A stretch of DNA of 64,000 bases, taken from Nitrospirae bacterium GWF2_44_13 (GTDB lineage Bacteria > Nitrospirota > Thermodesulfovibrionia > Thermodesulfovibrionales > UBA1546). Below the pieces are notes generated by a model. It did no database searches, was not told the DNA's origin, and worked only from the letters and a program-made list of their open reading frames with translations. Each line of letters starts with the position of its first letter. The stretch's first letter is position 1. A program made the translations under genes and the position numbers. This document shows, piece by piece, positions 37,983 through 48,133 of this stretch. The stretch is taken from positions 24,131 to 88,130 of the forward strand of contig MHEE01000017.1 in NCBI GenBank assembly GCA_001805105.1. Direction: 5' to 3'.

Positions 37983-40625
37983 TCAATGCGCTTCTGCCCA
38001 ATTTCTTCCATGCCCGATATCAACCTTCAAGGGGACCAGTAGTTTTACAGCGCCTTCCATCTCTCTTTTAATCATATCACTTACACGATTAAGCTCAGAT
38101 TCGGGAGCTTCAAATAAAAGCTCGTCGTGCACCTGCAGAATCATCCTTGCAGTAAGATGTTCTTCCTTGAGTTTTTTCCTGATATTTATCATCGCTATTT
38201 TTATTATGTCTGCTGCGCTGCCCTGTATCGGTGAGTTTACAGCCAGCCGTTCAGCCTGTCCCCTTGCATTTGAATTATGGCTGCGTATCTCAGGTATCGG
38301 CCTTCGTCTGCCCGCCAATGTCACTGTATATCCTTTCTGCCTTACCTCGGCCATCGCCGCATCTATATATTGCCTCACTCCCGGATGCCTCTCAAAATAT
38401 TTTTCTATGTATTTTTTAGCTTCTTCATGCGGTATGGACAGCGCCTCTGAAAGGCCGAAGGGCGACATGCCGTAAATGACGCCAAAGTTCACTGTCTTTG
38501 CGGTGCGCCTCATTTCATCTGTAACGTTATCAACCGTCACCCCGAATATCTCTGATGCTGTTTTTGCATGAACATCAATCCCCTTGCTGAATGCGTCAAC
38601 CAATACCTCGTCTTTGCTTAGATGTGCAAGTATCCTGAGTTCTACCTGCGAATAATCAGCAGACAAAAGAATATTGCCCTTGTCTGCTATAAAAGTCTCC
38701 CTGATTCTCTTGCCCCATTCTCCTTTGATGGGTATGTTCTGCATATTGGGGTCGCTGCTGCTCAGCCTGCCTGTTGCTGTAACAGTCTGGTTAAATGAGG
38801 TATGCACACGGCCTGTCTTTGGATTTATAAGTACAGGCAAGGCATCCACATAAGTCGCTTTGAGCTTGCTAAGGCTTCTCCAGTTCAGTATCTCACGCGG
38901 AAGCTCATGCGACATCGCAAGCTCTTCAAGCACGCTGACATCTGTTGAAAAGCCTGTCTTTGTTTTTTTGCCGGGCTTAAGCCCGAGACCGTGGAATAGA
39001 ACCTTTGCAAGCTGTTTTGGCGAGTTTATATTGAACTCCTCGCCTGAAAGGAAAAAAATCCGTCTCTGTGTGGAGTCCAGTTCCCTTGCCAGCTCTTTTG
39101 ATATGTCGTTAAGTTTATTCACATCTATTTTCACCCCTGCCTCTTCCATGTCTGAAAGCACAGGAATCAGGGGCGCCTCTATATCAAAATATACGCCTTC
39201 AAGCTCATTTTCTTTTAGCTTTTCAAACAAAATATCTTTAAGCTCAAACGCAAGCAGGGCGTCTTCTGCCGAATACTTTGTCGCTTCCTCAACAAACACA
39301 TCTGCAAATGACTTCTTTTTATTCAGAACCTCCGCAAATGTCTTTTTCCTTCGGGAAAGATACTCAAAGCCGACATCTTCAAGGCTGTGATTGGGTTTAT
39401 TCGGATTTATAAGATATGACGCAAGCATTGTGTCGTAAAGCCTGCCTTTTGTAACAATGCCTTCCTGTCTGAGCATCATGGTGTCATATTTAAGATTATG
39501 CCCTATCTTCGCTATATCGGGATTTTCAAAAATTGGGGCAACCATATCAAGCACTTCTTTCATGCCGATCTGTTCAGGCGCTCCCAGATACGAATGCCGG
39601 AGAGGAACATAATAACCTGTTTCTTTCCCAATGCTAATTGAGATCCCGACAATGCTGTCAGCCATCGGATCTTTGCCTGTAGCTTCAATATCAAACGCAA
39701 ACTCACCTTTAATGGCTGACACAATCTCCTTAAGTTTATCCATAGAAAGCACAGCTTCGTAATTTTTCTCGGCTGCAGCTACCGAAGGCACCATTTTCTT
39801 CAGGCTGGTGAATTCAAATTCACTGAACAAAGACAAAAGTTTCAGCCAGTCAGGCTCTTTAAGCTTGAAATCCTTCAGGTCAAAATCCATAGGGACGGCT
39901 ATATCTATTGTTGCAAGCCTTTTGCTCAGCCTTGCAATATCGGCATTTTCGGAAACAAGGCTCCGCAGCCTTTCCTTTTTTATCATCTCAGGGTGAGAAA
40001 GCAGTTCATCAAGCCCCTTAAAGGTCGTCAGCAGTTCTTTTGCCGTCTTTTCTCCAATGCCCTTAATGCCGGGGATGTTGTCAGCAGCGTCTCCTGTTAA
40101 TGCCATAAATTCAGGGACTCTCTCAGGGTCAAGCCCGAATTTTTCTTTTACATATTTATCGTCAAGTATGCGGTCTTTCACAGGGTCGTATATCCTTATA
40201 TTCTCATCAACAAGCTGGAGCATGTCTTTGTCGGCAGTAACTATAAAAACAGATGCGGCCTTTTTAGCTATTCCTTTTGCAACTGTGCCGATTAGGTCGT
40301 CTGCCTCATATCCCGGCATCTCAAAGATACTGATATTAAAAGCCTTTATCATTTCCCTTATGCGCGGCAGTTGCTGAACAAGTTCACCCGGAGTCTCCGG
40401 CCGATGTGCCTTATATTCCTTAAAAATCCTGTGCCGTTCAGTCAGCTCGGGCGTATCAAAAAAAACAGCAACACCGTCAGGCTTTTTCTCTCTTATGATT
40501 TTAAGTAGCGTGGTGGTAAACCCGTAGATTGCGTTTGTTGGAAAGCCCTTGGAATTTGTCAGCCCTTTAATCGCGTAAAACGCGCGGTATACGTAGGAAT
40601 TGCCGTCAACGAGATAAAGATTCAT
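37983..40625 (-). CDS. polA: DNA polymerase I
   Basis: 880 aa with a 5'-3' exonuclease domain, a 3'-5' exonuclease domain and the family A polymerase motifs (DYSQVELR, QVHDEL). Confidence 0.95.
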   Translation of the reverse strand: MNLYLVDGNSYVYRAFYAIKGLTNSKGFPTNAIYGFTTTLLKIIREKKPDGVAVFFDTPELTERHRIFKEYKAHRPETPGELVQQLPRIREMIKAFNISIFEMPGYEADDLIGTVAKGIAKKAASVFIVTADKDMLQLVDENIRIYDPVKDRILDDKYVKEKFGLDPERVPEFMALTGDAADNIPGIKGIGEKTAKELLTTFKGLDELLSHPEMIKKERLRSLVSENADIARLSKRLATIDIAVPMDFDLKDFKLKEPDWLKLLSLFSEFEFTSLKKMVPSVAAAEKNYEAVLSMDKLKEIVSAIKGEFAFDIEATGKDPMADSIVGISISIGKETGYYVPLRHSYLGAPEQIGMKEVLDMVAPIFENPDIAKIGHNLKYDTMMLRQEGIVTKGRLYDTMLASYLINPNKPNHSLEDVGFEYLSRRKKTFAEVLNKKKSFADVFVEEATKYSAEDALLAFELKDILFEKLKENELEGVYFDIEAPLIPVLSDMEEAGVKIDVNKLNDISKELARELDSTQRRIFFLSGEEFNINSPKQLAKVLFHGLGLKPGKKTKTGFSTDVSVLEELAMSHELPREILNWRSLSKLKATYVDALPVLINPKTGRVHTSFNQTVTATGRLSSSDPNMQNIPIKGEWGKRIRETFIADKGNILLSADYSQVELRILAHLSKDEVLVDAFSKGIDVHAKTASEIFGVTVDNVTDEMRRTAKTVNFGVIYGMSPFGLSEALSIPHEEAKKYIEKYFERHPGVRQYIDAAMAEVRQKGYTVTLAGRRRPIPEIRSHNSNARGQAERLAVNSPIQGSAADIIKIAMINIRKKLKEEHLTARMILQVHDELLFEAPESELNRVSDMIKREMEGAVKLLVPLKVDIGHGRNWAEAH

Positions 40626-40917
40626 GCAAGAATTATAGCCCTTTTAAATTGTTTTTTCACAAGGGGAAGGTGTTTCTTATTGACCATATCATATAAAATT
40701 AGGCCCTGCGGTTATGAGGTCTGCTGTCAATAGTGGACAGGACGTCTGCGAATCCATCGCAGTTTAAAGCCGGATCTTAAACGCAAATTTGTGCTCGAAA
40801 TCCTTCAAAACAGACCCGCTAATTTGTAATTATGCCGAAATTATAGCTTTCGTCAAGAAAAATTCCTCCTCTGTGACTTTGTCACATGCACAAAGGCAGC
40901 TTAATAGGCTTTATGAT

Positions 40918-40943
40918 TTAGGCGGGGCGCAGCCCCGCCTAAT
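40918..40943. terminator. GC-rich hairpin at the 3' end of tal
   Basis: TAGGCGGGG-cgca-GCCCCGCCTA, 5 nt beyond the tal stop. The flanks are only weakly U-rich in either orientation. Confidence 0.5.
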
Positions 40944-40947
40944 AGTT

Positions 40948-41595
40948 TCATTTCTTTGGAACCTTTTCCCAGTCTTTCAAGAACTTTTCAATCCCAATAT
41001 CCGTTAATGGATGTTTTGTGAGCTGTGCTATCACTGAATACGGAATGGTTGCAACATGCGCTCCCATCTTTGCCGCCTCAACAACATGGAGCGGATTTCT
41101 TATGCTTGCGACTATAACCTGCGTATCAAACGCATAGTTTTCATAGATTGCCATTATCTCCTGAATCAGTCCCATTCCATAATGGCTTATATCATCAAGC
41201 CTTCCGACAAAAGGGCTTGCATAGGTTGCCCCTGCCTTTGCGGCAAGAAGCGCCTGGCTCGGAGAAAATACAAGCGTGACATTCGTCTTTATCCCCATGC
41301 CCGAAAGCTTTTTTGTTGCTCTCAAGCCGTCTTCTGTCATCGGTATTTTTACGACTATGTTTTTATGTATCTTTGCAAGGGATTCTGCCTCTTTTACCAT
41401 TTCCTCTGCCTTCAAGCCAACCACCTCGGCACTCACAGGACCGTCAACAATGCTGCATATCTCTTTAAGAAGTTCTATCGGATCTCTGCCTTCTTTTGAG
41501 ATTAAGGACGGATTTGTTGTAACGCCGTCAACAACGCCAACCTCCCATGCCTTTTTAATCTCGTTTACATTTGCCGTGTCAATAAAGAATTTCAT
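40948..41595 (-). CDS. tal: Fructose-6-phosphate aldolase / short transaldolase (class 3B)
   Basis: 215 aa. MKFFIDTAN...GVTTNPSL and the KIP active-site lysine region. Confidence 0.9.
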   Translation of the reverse strand: MKFFIDTANVNEIKKAWEVGVVDGVTTNPSLISKEGRDPIELLKEICSIVDGPVSAEVVGLKAEEMVKEAESLAKIHKNIVVKIPMTEDGLRATKKLSGMGIKTNVTLVFSPSQALLAAKAGATYASPFVGRLDDISHYGMGLIQEIMAIYENYAFDTQVIVASIRNPLHVVEAAKMGAHVATIPYSVIAQLTKHPLTDIGIEKFLKDWEKVPKK

Positions 41596-41620
41596 CGTTC
41601 CTCCCTGTTATACATAATTC

Positions 41621-41694
41621 ACGATACATGATACAGGATGCACGATAATAGTTTGATTTTCTATCAGGCATCTTGAATCTTGCATCATGCATCG
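41621..41694 (+). repeat. Hairpin double-heptamer element, intergenic copy
   Basis: acgatac atgatac aggatgc acgataa, a loop, then aggcatc ttgaatc ttgcatc atgcatc. Same family as 45885-45965 and 54279-54350. Confidence 0.8.
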
Positions 41695-41713
41695 TTCAAA
41701 TTTTCGTCGTATA

Positions 41714-42898
41714 TTATACCCCATCACTGTCACAGTATGCCTCCTCAATAAGCTCTATGATATGAAACACAGGCATCCCGGTAATTGCCCTGCCAAGCTG
41801 CATCATGCATGCAGGACACGCTGTAACAACAGCGGCAGCGCCTGTTTCTAAACAGCTTTCAGCCTGCTTTTTGAGAAGACTGCCTGGAATATCTTTATTT
41901 GTGAGGCTGAAAAGCCCTCCTGAACCGCAGCAGCCATTTTCTTTTTTCTCAATGATATTTGCGCCGATTTTTTTCAGCATCTTCCTCGGCTCATCTTTTA
42001 TGCCGAGCCCGTATGCAAGATGGCACGGGTCATGGTATGTGACTGTCGCATACTTCTGTGAAAAGAGCGACGGCTGGGCAAAGTCTAATCTTTCAAGCAG
42101 AAAGCTTGACACATCCATTGCATTGCTTATTCCGCTGTTAATAATCTTCGGGTATTGGTTTTTTATCACTGAAACGCAAGTTGGGCAGAGGCTCAGGACT
42201 GCTTCTGCTTTTAACTTTCCGAATATCCGCATATTTCTTTTTGCAAGTTCGCGCGCTTCTTCTTCAAGCCCGAGAGCCCTCAGCGGCATTCCGCAGCATA
42301 CCTCGCCCCCGGGCACAATCACCTCATAGCCTGATTTAAGCAGTATGTTTAACAATGACAGCCCAAGGTGAGGATATAAAAAATTGGTAACACACCCTGT
42401 GAATACAGCCACCCTTCCGCGTTTTTTCTGAACCTTATAAACCTGCATTCTTTCTTTAAAAGAACTTTCAGGAAGCTTAAAGTTAGGGGGGAGAATCCCT
42501 TTTTTCATAAGATACGGGAACAATATATACTGAGACATCTGAAGCATTTTATAGGTCAGGTCAGGATTACCGGTAAAAAATTTTGCGAGAAGCCTCAGAT
42601 ACTTCCTCCTTTTATCCCCCTGCCTGAGCATATTCCTTCCTCTGTAAATGTTCTCCGTTATATCAACTCCGTTCGGACAGAGGCCGGAACATGCCTCACA
42701 GAGAATGCAGCTGAAAATTTTTTCATTGAGCAATGGCGTGGGTTTTAACTCCTGAAGCAGAAGCCCTCTCAGAAGAGCGAGCCTGCCCCTTGCTCCCATC
42801 GCCTCTGTATTGTCTTCATCATAGGTCGGACAATATGCCTTGCAGCTTCCGCATCTGACGCATTTTTCAAGGTCTTTAATATCAGGCAGGTTTTTCAT
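41714..42898 (-). CDS. (Fe-S)-binding oxidoreductase subunit with two CCG domains (GlcF/GlpC-like)
   Basis: 394 aa with two 4Fe-4S motifs (CVRCGSCKAYCP, CILCEACSGLCP) and two cysteine-rich CCG repeats. Confidence 0.8.
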   Translation of the reverse strand: MKNLPDIKDLEKCVRCGSCKAYCPTYDEDNTEAMGARGRLALLRGLLLQELKPTPLLNEKIFSCILCEACSGLCPNGVDITENIYRGRNMLRQGDKRRKYLRLLAKFFTGNPDLTYKMLQMSQYILFPYLMKKGILPPNFKLPESSFKERMQVYKVQKKRGRVAVFTGCVTNFLYPHLGLSLLNILLKSGYEVIVPGGEVCCGMPLRALGLEEEARELAKRNMRIFGKLKAEAVLSLCPTCVSVIKNQYPKIINSGISNAMDVSSFLLERLDFAQPSLFSQKYATVTYHDPCHLAYGLGIKDEPRKMLKKIGANIIEKKENGCCGSGGLFSLTNKDIPGSLLKKQAESCLETGAAAVVTACPACMMQLGRAITGMPVFHIIELIEEAYCDSDGV

Positions 42899-43736
42899 TT
42901 TGCTTATTTTCTATCCCTTCGTTCATCCTTCCGCTTCTGAAACCTTCTATGTCAAGGACAACAAATCTGTATCCTATGGATTTAAGTTTTTCTGCGAGGG
43001 CTTTTCTCGTCTCAGGTTTAAGCGCCATAGCCATATCTTCTTCTTTAAGCTCAATCCGCGCAATATCCCTGTGATGCCTCACCCTGAATTCCTTAAGGCC
43101 CAATAACCTCAGAAAACCTTCCGCCTCTGCAACCTGTTTTAATGACCCTGCGGTTATCTGTTCTCCGTAAGGAAACCTTGATGCAAGGCATGGAGAAGAC
43201 GGCCTGTCCCATGATGGAAGATTAAGCCTCCGGGATATTTCTCTTATCTCTTTTTTGTCCAGCCCTGCCTCTATCAAAGGGCTTCTTATACTGTGGTTTA
43301 AAGCAGCCTTTCTGCCGGGCCGCCAGTCTGCCGTATCATCAAGATTGCTGCCATCAAGCACAAACCTTAATTCCTCATCACCTGCTATCCCCCGTATCTT
43401 AGTAAATAATTCGTCTTTGCAATAGAAGCACCTGTCATGAGGATTCTTTGCAAAATTCTCTATGTTTAGCTCCTCTGTTTTTATAATCATTTGTTTTATT
43501 TCTGTTTCTTCACACATTTTTTTTGAAAATAACAGATCATTTTCAGGCATGGTTTCAGAAACTGCCGTTACCGCAAGCGCCCTGATACCTGAAAGCTGAA
43601 TCGCTTTTAACAGGAGCGTGCTGTCAACACCTCCGGAATAGGCAAGCACAGCGCTTTCCATCTCTTTGAGGAGACCGATGAGTTTTTCGAGCTTAGAATT
43701 TAACATGCCGCTCAAAGGGTTTACCGACAGACACAA
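42882..43736 (-). CDS. larE: PP-loop ATP-utilising enzyme, LarE-like sulfur transferase family
   Basis: 284 aa with the SGGVDS PP-loop (AYSGGVDSTLL) and a TIGR00268-like layout. Confidence 0.7.
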   Translation of the reverse strand: MCLSVNPLSGMLNSKLEKLIGLLKEMESAVLAYSGGVDSTLLLKAIQLSGIRALAVTAVSETMPENDLLFSKKMCEETEIKQMIIKTEELNIENFAKNPHDRCFYCKDELFTKIRGIAGDEELRFVLDGSNLDDTADWRPGRKAALNHSIRSPLIEAGLDKKEIREISRRLNLPSWDRPSSPCLASRFPYGEQITAGSLKQVAEAEGFLRLLGLKEFRVRHHRDIARIELKEEDMAMALKPETRKALAEKLKSIGYRFVVLDIEGFRSGRMNEGIENKQNEKPA

Positions 43737-43756
43737 AACCTCAATTCTTCCTTTAC

Positions 43757-45262
43757 TTACAGCGAATTTATCTCGTACTTCTCCTGATGAAGGACATTGC
43801 TCTCTTTAATAATCACCTTAATGCCGTATCTGTTTTCAATCTCCTCAATGCCGAGCCTCTCTTCGTCAGACAGGAGTTCCGCGACAGAAGGGTGGGCAGT
43901 AACAATTATCTTTTCGCTGCCGTGCATCGCAAGCTTGCTTACATCCCTGAATATCTCATAACAGAGCGTGCGAGGAGACTTCACAAACCCCTTTCCCTCG
44001 CAGTAAGGACAAGGCTCGCAGAGAGTCCTGCCGAGGCTTTCCCTCACGCGCTTCCTTGTCATCTGTATAAGCCCGAGTTCTGATATGTGCAGGATGGTGT
44101 TTTTAGCCCTGTCTTTTTTCATCGCCTCAACAAACGCGTTAAACACTTTCCCCCTGTTTTCCAGTTTTTCCATATCAATGAAGTCAACTATTATTATTCC
44201 GCCGAGGTTCCTCAGCCTTATCTGGTATGCTATCTCCTTTACCGCTTCAAGATTTGTCTTTAATATCGTGTCCTCCAACCCGTCCTTGCCGACAAACTTC
44301 CCTGTATTGACATCTATTACAGTCATCGCCTCTGTCTGGTCAGTCACGATATAGCCTCCTGACTTGAGCCAGACCCTTCTGCCGAGCGCCCTTGAGATAT
44401 CCAGCTCTACACCGAATGCATCAAATATCGGCTCCTGCCCTTCATAGAAAACTATCTTGTCAAGGAGCTTTGGGAAATATGTCCTGACAAATTCCTTTAT
44501 CCTTTCATACTCCTCGGCAGAATCAATAACCAGCCTCTCAACGTCCTGCGTAAGCAGGTCTCTGACGCTTCTGAACACCAGATCAAGGTCGCTGTAAAGC
44601 AGAGAAGGCGCTGTTACCTTTTCTTTTTTCCTCTGTATGTTTTCCCAAAGCAGAATAAGAAAATCCAAATCCTTTTTCAGTTCTTCTTCGCTGCATCTTT
44701 CGCTGGCAGTTCTGATTATAAGCCCGTAACCTTTCGGCTTTATTGTTTCTGCGATTGTTTTTAACCGCGTCCTCTCCTGCTCATCGGCGATTCTCCTTGA
44801 AATGCCTACATGCTCAACATTCGGCATAAGCACCAGATAGCGGCCCGGCAGCGTGATGTATGATGTCACGCGCGCGCCCTTGCTGCCTATAGGGTCTTTT
44901 GAGACATGGACGAGGATTTCCTGCCCGGACTGGATAAGCTCTTCTATGGCAATATCAGACCTGCCTTTGCGCGAGATAAATTCAACGGAATCGCCTTTTT
45001 CTTCCTCTTCAATAAACGGAGCATATTCTTCGATGTCAGCTCTTATGTCCGCGACATAAAGAAACGCCGCTCTTTCAATCCCCATATCAATAAAGGCAGA
45101 CTGCATTCCCGGAAGTATCTTGACAACCTTTCCCTTGTAGATATTGCCGACAAGGCTTGCATCGCGCTTTCTCTCAATATAGAATTCAACTACCTGCCCG
45201 CCTTCAAGGAGAGCTACTCTTATTTCTTCATGTGTTGCATTAATCAGGATTTCGCTAACCAT
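43757..45262 (-). CDS. rng: Ribonuclease G/E family (Rne/Rng)
   Basis: Start placed at the MVSEILIN Met. S1 domain (GNIYKGKVVKILPGMQSAFIDMG) and an RNase E/G catalytic core. Confidence 0.9.
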   Translation of the reverse strand: MVSEILINATHEEIRVALLEGGQVVEFYIERKRDASLVGNIYKGKVVKILPGMQSAFIDMGIERAAFLYVADIRADIEEYAPFIEEEEKGDSVEFISRKGRSDIAIEELIQSGQEILVHVSKDPIGSKGARVTSYITLPGRYLVLMPNVEHVGISRRIADEQERTRLKTIAETIKPKGYGLIIRTASERCSEEELKKDLDFLILLWENIQRKKEKVTAPSLLYSDLDLVFRSVRDLLTQDVERLVIDSAEEYERIKEFVRTYFPKLLDKIVFYEGQEPIFDAFGVELDISRALGRRVWLKSGGYIVTDQTEAMTVIDVNTGKFVGKDGLEDTILKTNLEAVKEIAYQIRLRNLGGIIIVDFIDMEKLENRGKVFNAFVEAMKKDRAKNTILHISELGLIQMTRKRVRESLGRTLCEPCPYCEGKGFVKSPRTLCYEIFRDVSKLAMHGSEKIIVTAHPSVAELLSDEERLGIEEIENRYGIKVIIKESNVLHQEKYEINSL

Positions 45263-47754
45263 GTTATATTCCTTTCCAGTCGTTGCGGCTCGATTCCGAG
45301 AGGCCGCGACCATTCGCCCTTCCAGCCGTACATCGCAACTCTTGTTATATCAAGCTCTTTATATGATACACCGAATATCTCAGGGAGTATCTCGCTGAGC
45401 TTTGGTTTTTTATCCTTGCCGTCAACAAGCGTAAGCCTCACGGTTTTATTATCCGTAATTGAAGCCTCTTCTAATCCTGCAATTCCTAATTTTTGTTCCA
45501 AATACCTTTTAGCAACTGCCGAGTCATCACACTTTATCTCGTATTCGTAACGCGATATGAAACTGCTCAGGGACTCCTCTTTGTCAGATATTAAAACAGC
45601 ATCCTTTATTTTTAAGCCTTCCGGCAGAACAGAATTCATCCTCGGTATAAAATATTCTATATCAAACGGAGGTGTTATCTCCATATCAAAGTATTCTCTG
45701 ATGCCTGCTATGCCCACGCTGAGAGCAGGCCCGAAAGCAACTTTTGGCGATGGATGAAATCCCTGCGAATACTTAAGCGGTATTTCCGCCCTCCTCATCG
45801 CACGGAATAGCACTGTAACAAGTTCAAGATGGGAGAGATATTTCAAAACACCTGCTTTTGAGAATTCAACACGAATGCGGACCGGTGATGCATGATGCAT
45901 GATGCATGATGCACGATTTGAAAGTTCTGTCTTATCCTGTATCTTGTATCCTGTATCTTGCATCGTTTCTTCACACTTCAACCCGCACGCATGACAAACC
46001 TTTCTGCAGTCAGATGTTTTTTCTCCTGTTATTGCCCTCTGATATTCCTTGCAGAGGAAGTCTTTATTTACCCCTGTGTCAATAATGTCCCACGGCAGCC
46101 TTTCATCTGTCCCGTAAGTCTTTTCCGCATAGGCCGCTGCATTTATGCCTGTCTCTTCCATCGCCTGAGTCCATTTCTGAAAATCAAATGTCTCTCCCCA
46201 TGCATCAAGCCTGCATCCCAGAGACCATGCCTTCTCTATTAAAGGAGCAAGCCTCTCATCTCCCCTCGCAAATACCGCCTCAAGAAAACTCATATCTTCC
46301 CTGTGCCCCTTAAACTCAAATCTCTTTTTCCTGAATATCTCTTTCAGATATTTCATCTTCCTTTTTATGCTCTCAATGTTTTCCTGGCCATGCCACTGAA
46401 ATGGCGTATGGGATTTTGGGACAAATGGAGAGACGCCCACATTTATTTTTACATGCCTTCCCGTGTGCGATTTTGCGATTCTTAAAGCCTTCATTATCAT
46501 CTCAGGTATTGTCTGTATATCTTCGTCGGTCTCGGTCGGAAGCCCTACCATATAATACAGTTTGAGATTCTGCCAGCCTTCTTCAAAAAGCGCATTAAGG
46601 CTTCTCTCGTAATCTTCCTCTGTGAAATCTTTGTTTATGACATTACGCAGCCTTTCAGTCCCGGCCTCAGGAGCTATTGTAAAGCCTGTTTTTCTCACGC
46701 TCTTTATCTCTTTAAGGATGTCTCTATCAACAGCGGCAACCCTTAACGAAGGCAGTGAGAGTGAAATTTTTTTATCAGAAAACCGGTTGTTGAATTCTTT
46801 AAGCAAAGGCAAAAGGCATGAGTAATCTCCTGCGCTTAAGGATGTGAAGGAGACATCTTCGTATCCTGTATTCCTGAGAGAATTCCCTGCAATTTTCAGG
46901 ATATTTTCAGGGCTTCTTTCACGAAGCGGCCTGTAAATTATCCCTGCCTGACAGAACCTGCATCCCATTGTGCAGCCGCGCGATACCTCTACATTCACCC
47001 TGTCATGGACAATGGCTGTGTAAGGCACAATCGGAGACTCCGGATATGGAGATGAATCCAATGAATCTATATAACGGCGTTTGATAACAAATCCCCCCTC
47101 ACCCCCCTTTAGTAAAGGGGGGATGGGGGGATTACTGTTAAAAGTTTTTAGTGAAGAGTGAATGAGAGGAACAAATACTCCTTCAATCTGTGAAAGGGCT
47201 TTTAAGGCAGATTCCCTTTTCCCGTCCCCTTCTTTTTTCCATCTTCTGTATGTCTCTAAAATTTCTATAACCGCTTCTTCCCCGTCTCCTATTAAAAATG
47301 CATCTATGAAAGGAGACATTGGAAGAGGGTTGACTGTGCAGGGGCCTCCTGCGATTATCAGCGGCCAGTTTCCTTTTGCCCTTTCTTCGCTCTTTATCGG
47401 GATTCCTCCAAGATAAAGCATATTAAGGACAGTTGTGTATGAAAGCTCATACTGAAGGCTGAATCCGACAACATCAAAATCCTTCAGCGCCCTTCCTGTC
47501 TCAAGTGAAGAAAGCAGGATGCCTTTGTGCCTCATCTCCTCTTCCAGATCAAGCCATGGGTGAAATACCCTTTCAGCAGAGGCGTATGGAAGGTCATTGA
47601 TTAGCTTATAGAGGATTCTCAGCCCGAGGTGCGACATCCCGATGTCATATATATCAGGGAAGGCAAGGGCGGTCTTAATCTCCGCCTCTTTCCTGAGCGA
47701 GTTTACCTCGTTATCTATGTATCTGCTTGGTCTTTGAAAGAGTGATAAGTTCAC
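45244..47754 (-). CDS. B12-binding-domain radical SAM protein fused to a DUF2344 domain (TIGR03960/TIGR03936 type)
   Basis: 836 aa with a GTG start and a radical-SAM cluster (SRGCTMGCRFCQAG). It has the usual linkage upstream of rng and carries two repeat-derived inserts. Confidence 0.8.
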   Translation of the reverse strand: MNLSLFQRPSRYIDNEVNSLRKEAEIKTALAFPDIYDIGMSHLGLRILYKLINDLPYASAERVFHPWLDLEEEMRHKGILLSSLETGRALKDFDVVGFSLQYELSYTTVLNMLYLGGIPIKSEERAKGNWPLIIAGGPCTVNPLPMSPFIDAFLIGDGEEAVIEILETYRRWKKEGDGKRESALKALSQIEGVFVPLIHSSLKTFNSNPPIPPLLKGGEGGFVIKRRYIDSLDSSPYPESPIVPYTAIVHDRVNVEVSRGCTMGCRFCQAGIIYRPLRERSPENILKIAGNSLRNTGYEDVSFTSLSAGDYSCLLPLLKEFNNRFSDKKISLSLPSLRVAAVDRDILKEIKSVRKTGFTIAPEAGTERLRNVINKDFTEEDYERSLNALFEEGWQNLKLYYMVGLPTETDEDIQTIPEMIMKALRIAKSHTGRHVKINVGVSPFVPKSHTPFQWHGQENIESIKRKMKYLKEIFRKKRFEFKGHREDMSFLEAVFARGDERLAPLIEKAWSLGCRLDAWGETFDFQKWTQAMEETGINAAAYAEKTYGTDERLPWDIIDTGVNKDFLCKEYQRAITGEKTSDCRKVCHACGLKCEETMQDTGYKIQDKTELSNRASCIMHHASPVRIRVEFSKAGVLKYLSHLELVTVLFRAMRRAEIPLKYSQGFHPSPKVAFGPALSVGIAGIREYFDMEITPPFDIEYFIPRMNSVLPEGLKIKDAVLISDKEESLSSFISRYEYEIKCDDSAVAKRYLEQKLGIAGLEEASITDNKTVRLTLVDGKDKKPKLSEILPEIFGVSYKELDITRVAMYGWKGEWSRPLGIEPQRLERNITWLAKS
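45885..45965 (-). repeat. Hairpin double-heptamer element inside the radical SAM gene
   Basis: The coding strand reads aagatac aggatac aagatac aggataa, a loop, then gcatcat x4. Translated in frame as QDTGYKIQDKTELSNRASCIMHHAS. Confidence 0.9.
47090..47133. repeat. C/G-tract palindrome inside the radical SAM gene
   Basis: AATCCCCCCTCACCCCCCTTT-agt-AAAGGGGGGATGGGGGGATT, translated as NPPIPPLLKGGEGGF. Confidence 0.85.
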
Positions 47755-47827
47755 ATGTTAGGATAACATAATAGGCATCGAACCAGCATGGAAGCTGTAG
47801 AATACCGATTGCCGTCACAGAAATCCT

Positions 47828-47855
47828 TTGACAAAGGTAGCTACCACGGTATAAA
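47828..47855 (+). promoter_or_regulatory. Near-consensus promoter giving an essentially leaderless vapB transcript
   Basis: TTGACA-16 nt-TATAAA ends 8 nt before the vapB ATG. There is no Shine-Dalgarno sequence. Confidence 0.55.
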
Positions 47856-47863
47856 ATGTAGCC

Positions 47864-48133
47864 ATGATAGCAGCAGGCGTAAAGGAACTTAAAAACAGGC
47901 TGAGCCACTATCTCCGCGAGGTTAAAAAAGGCGAAAAGGTCCTGATTACCGAGAGAGAGACTGTAATAGCAACAATCACTCCGGTTGAAAGGGCAAAGGA
48001 AGACTCGCATCTCTTGTCTCTTGTTAATGAGGGCTTTGCTTCGTGGAAGGGCGGAAAGCCCTCCGGCAGCAGAAGCCCTGTAAGGATTAAGGGGAAGACC
48101 GTTTCAGAGATAGTCCTTGAAGACAGAAGATGA
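47864..48133 (+). CDS. vapB: VapB/Phd-type antitoxin
   Basis: 89 aa. N-terminus VKELKNRLSHYLREVKKGEKVLITERETVIATI is typical of Phd/YefM-like antitoxins. 4-nt overlap with vapC. Confidence 0.8.
   Translation: MIAAGVKELKNRLSHYLREVKKGEKVLITERETVIATITPVERAKEDSHLLSLVNEGFASWKGGKPSGSRSPVRIKGKTVSEIVLEDRR

Noticed and set aside
40626-40947. tmRNA, RNase P RNA or SRP RNA in the polA-tal spacer
   Set aside because: The conserved cores of these RNAs are absent on both strands. These are the tRNA-like ends of tmRNA, GAGGAAAGTCCGGGC of RNase P, and the GGAAGCAGCC-type SRP motif.
40789-41007. The 72-aa plus-strand ORF overlapping the 3' end of tal
   Set aside because: It is antisense to a well-supported gene, crosses the GC-rich hairpin, and has no RBS or recognisable motif.
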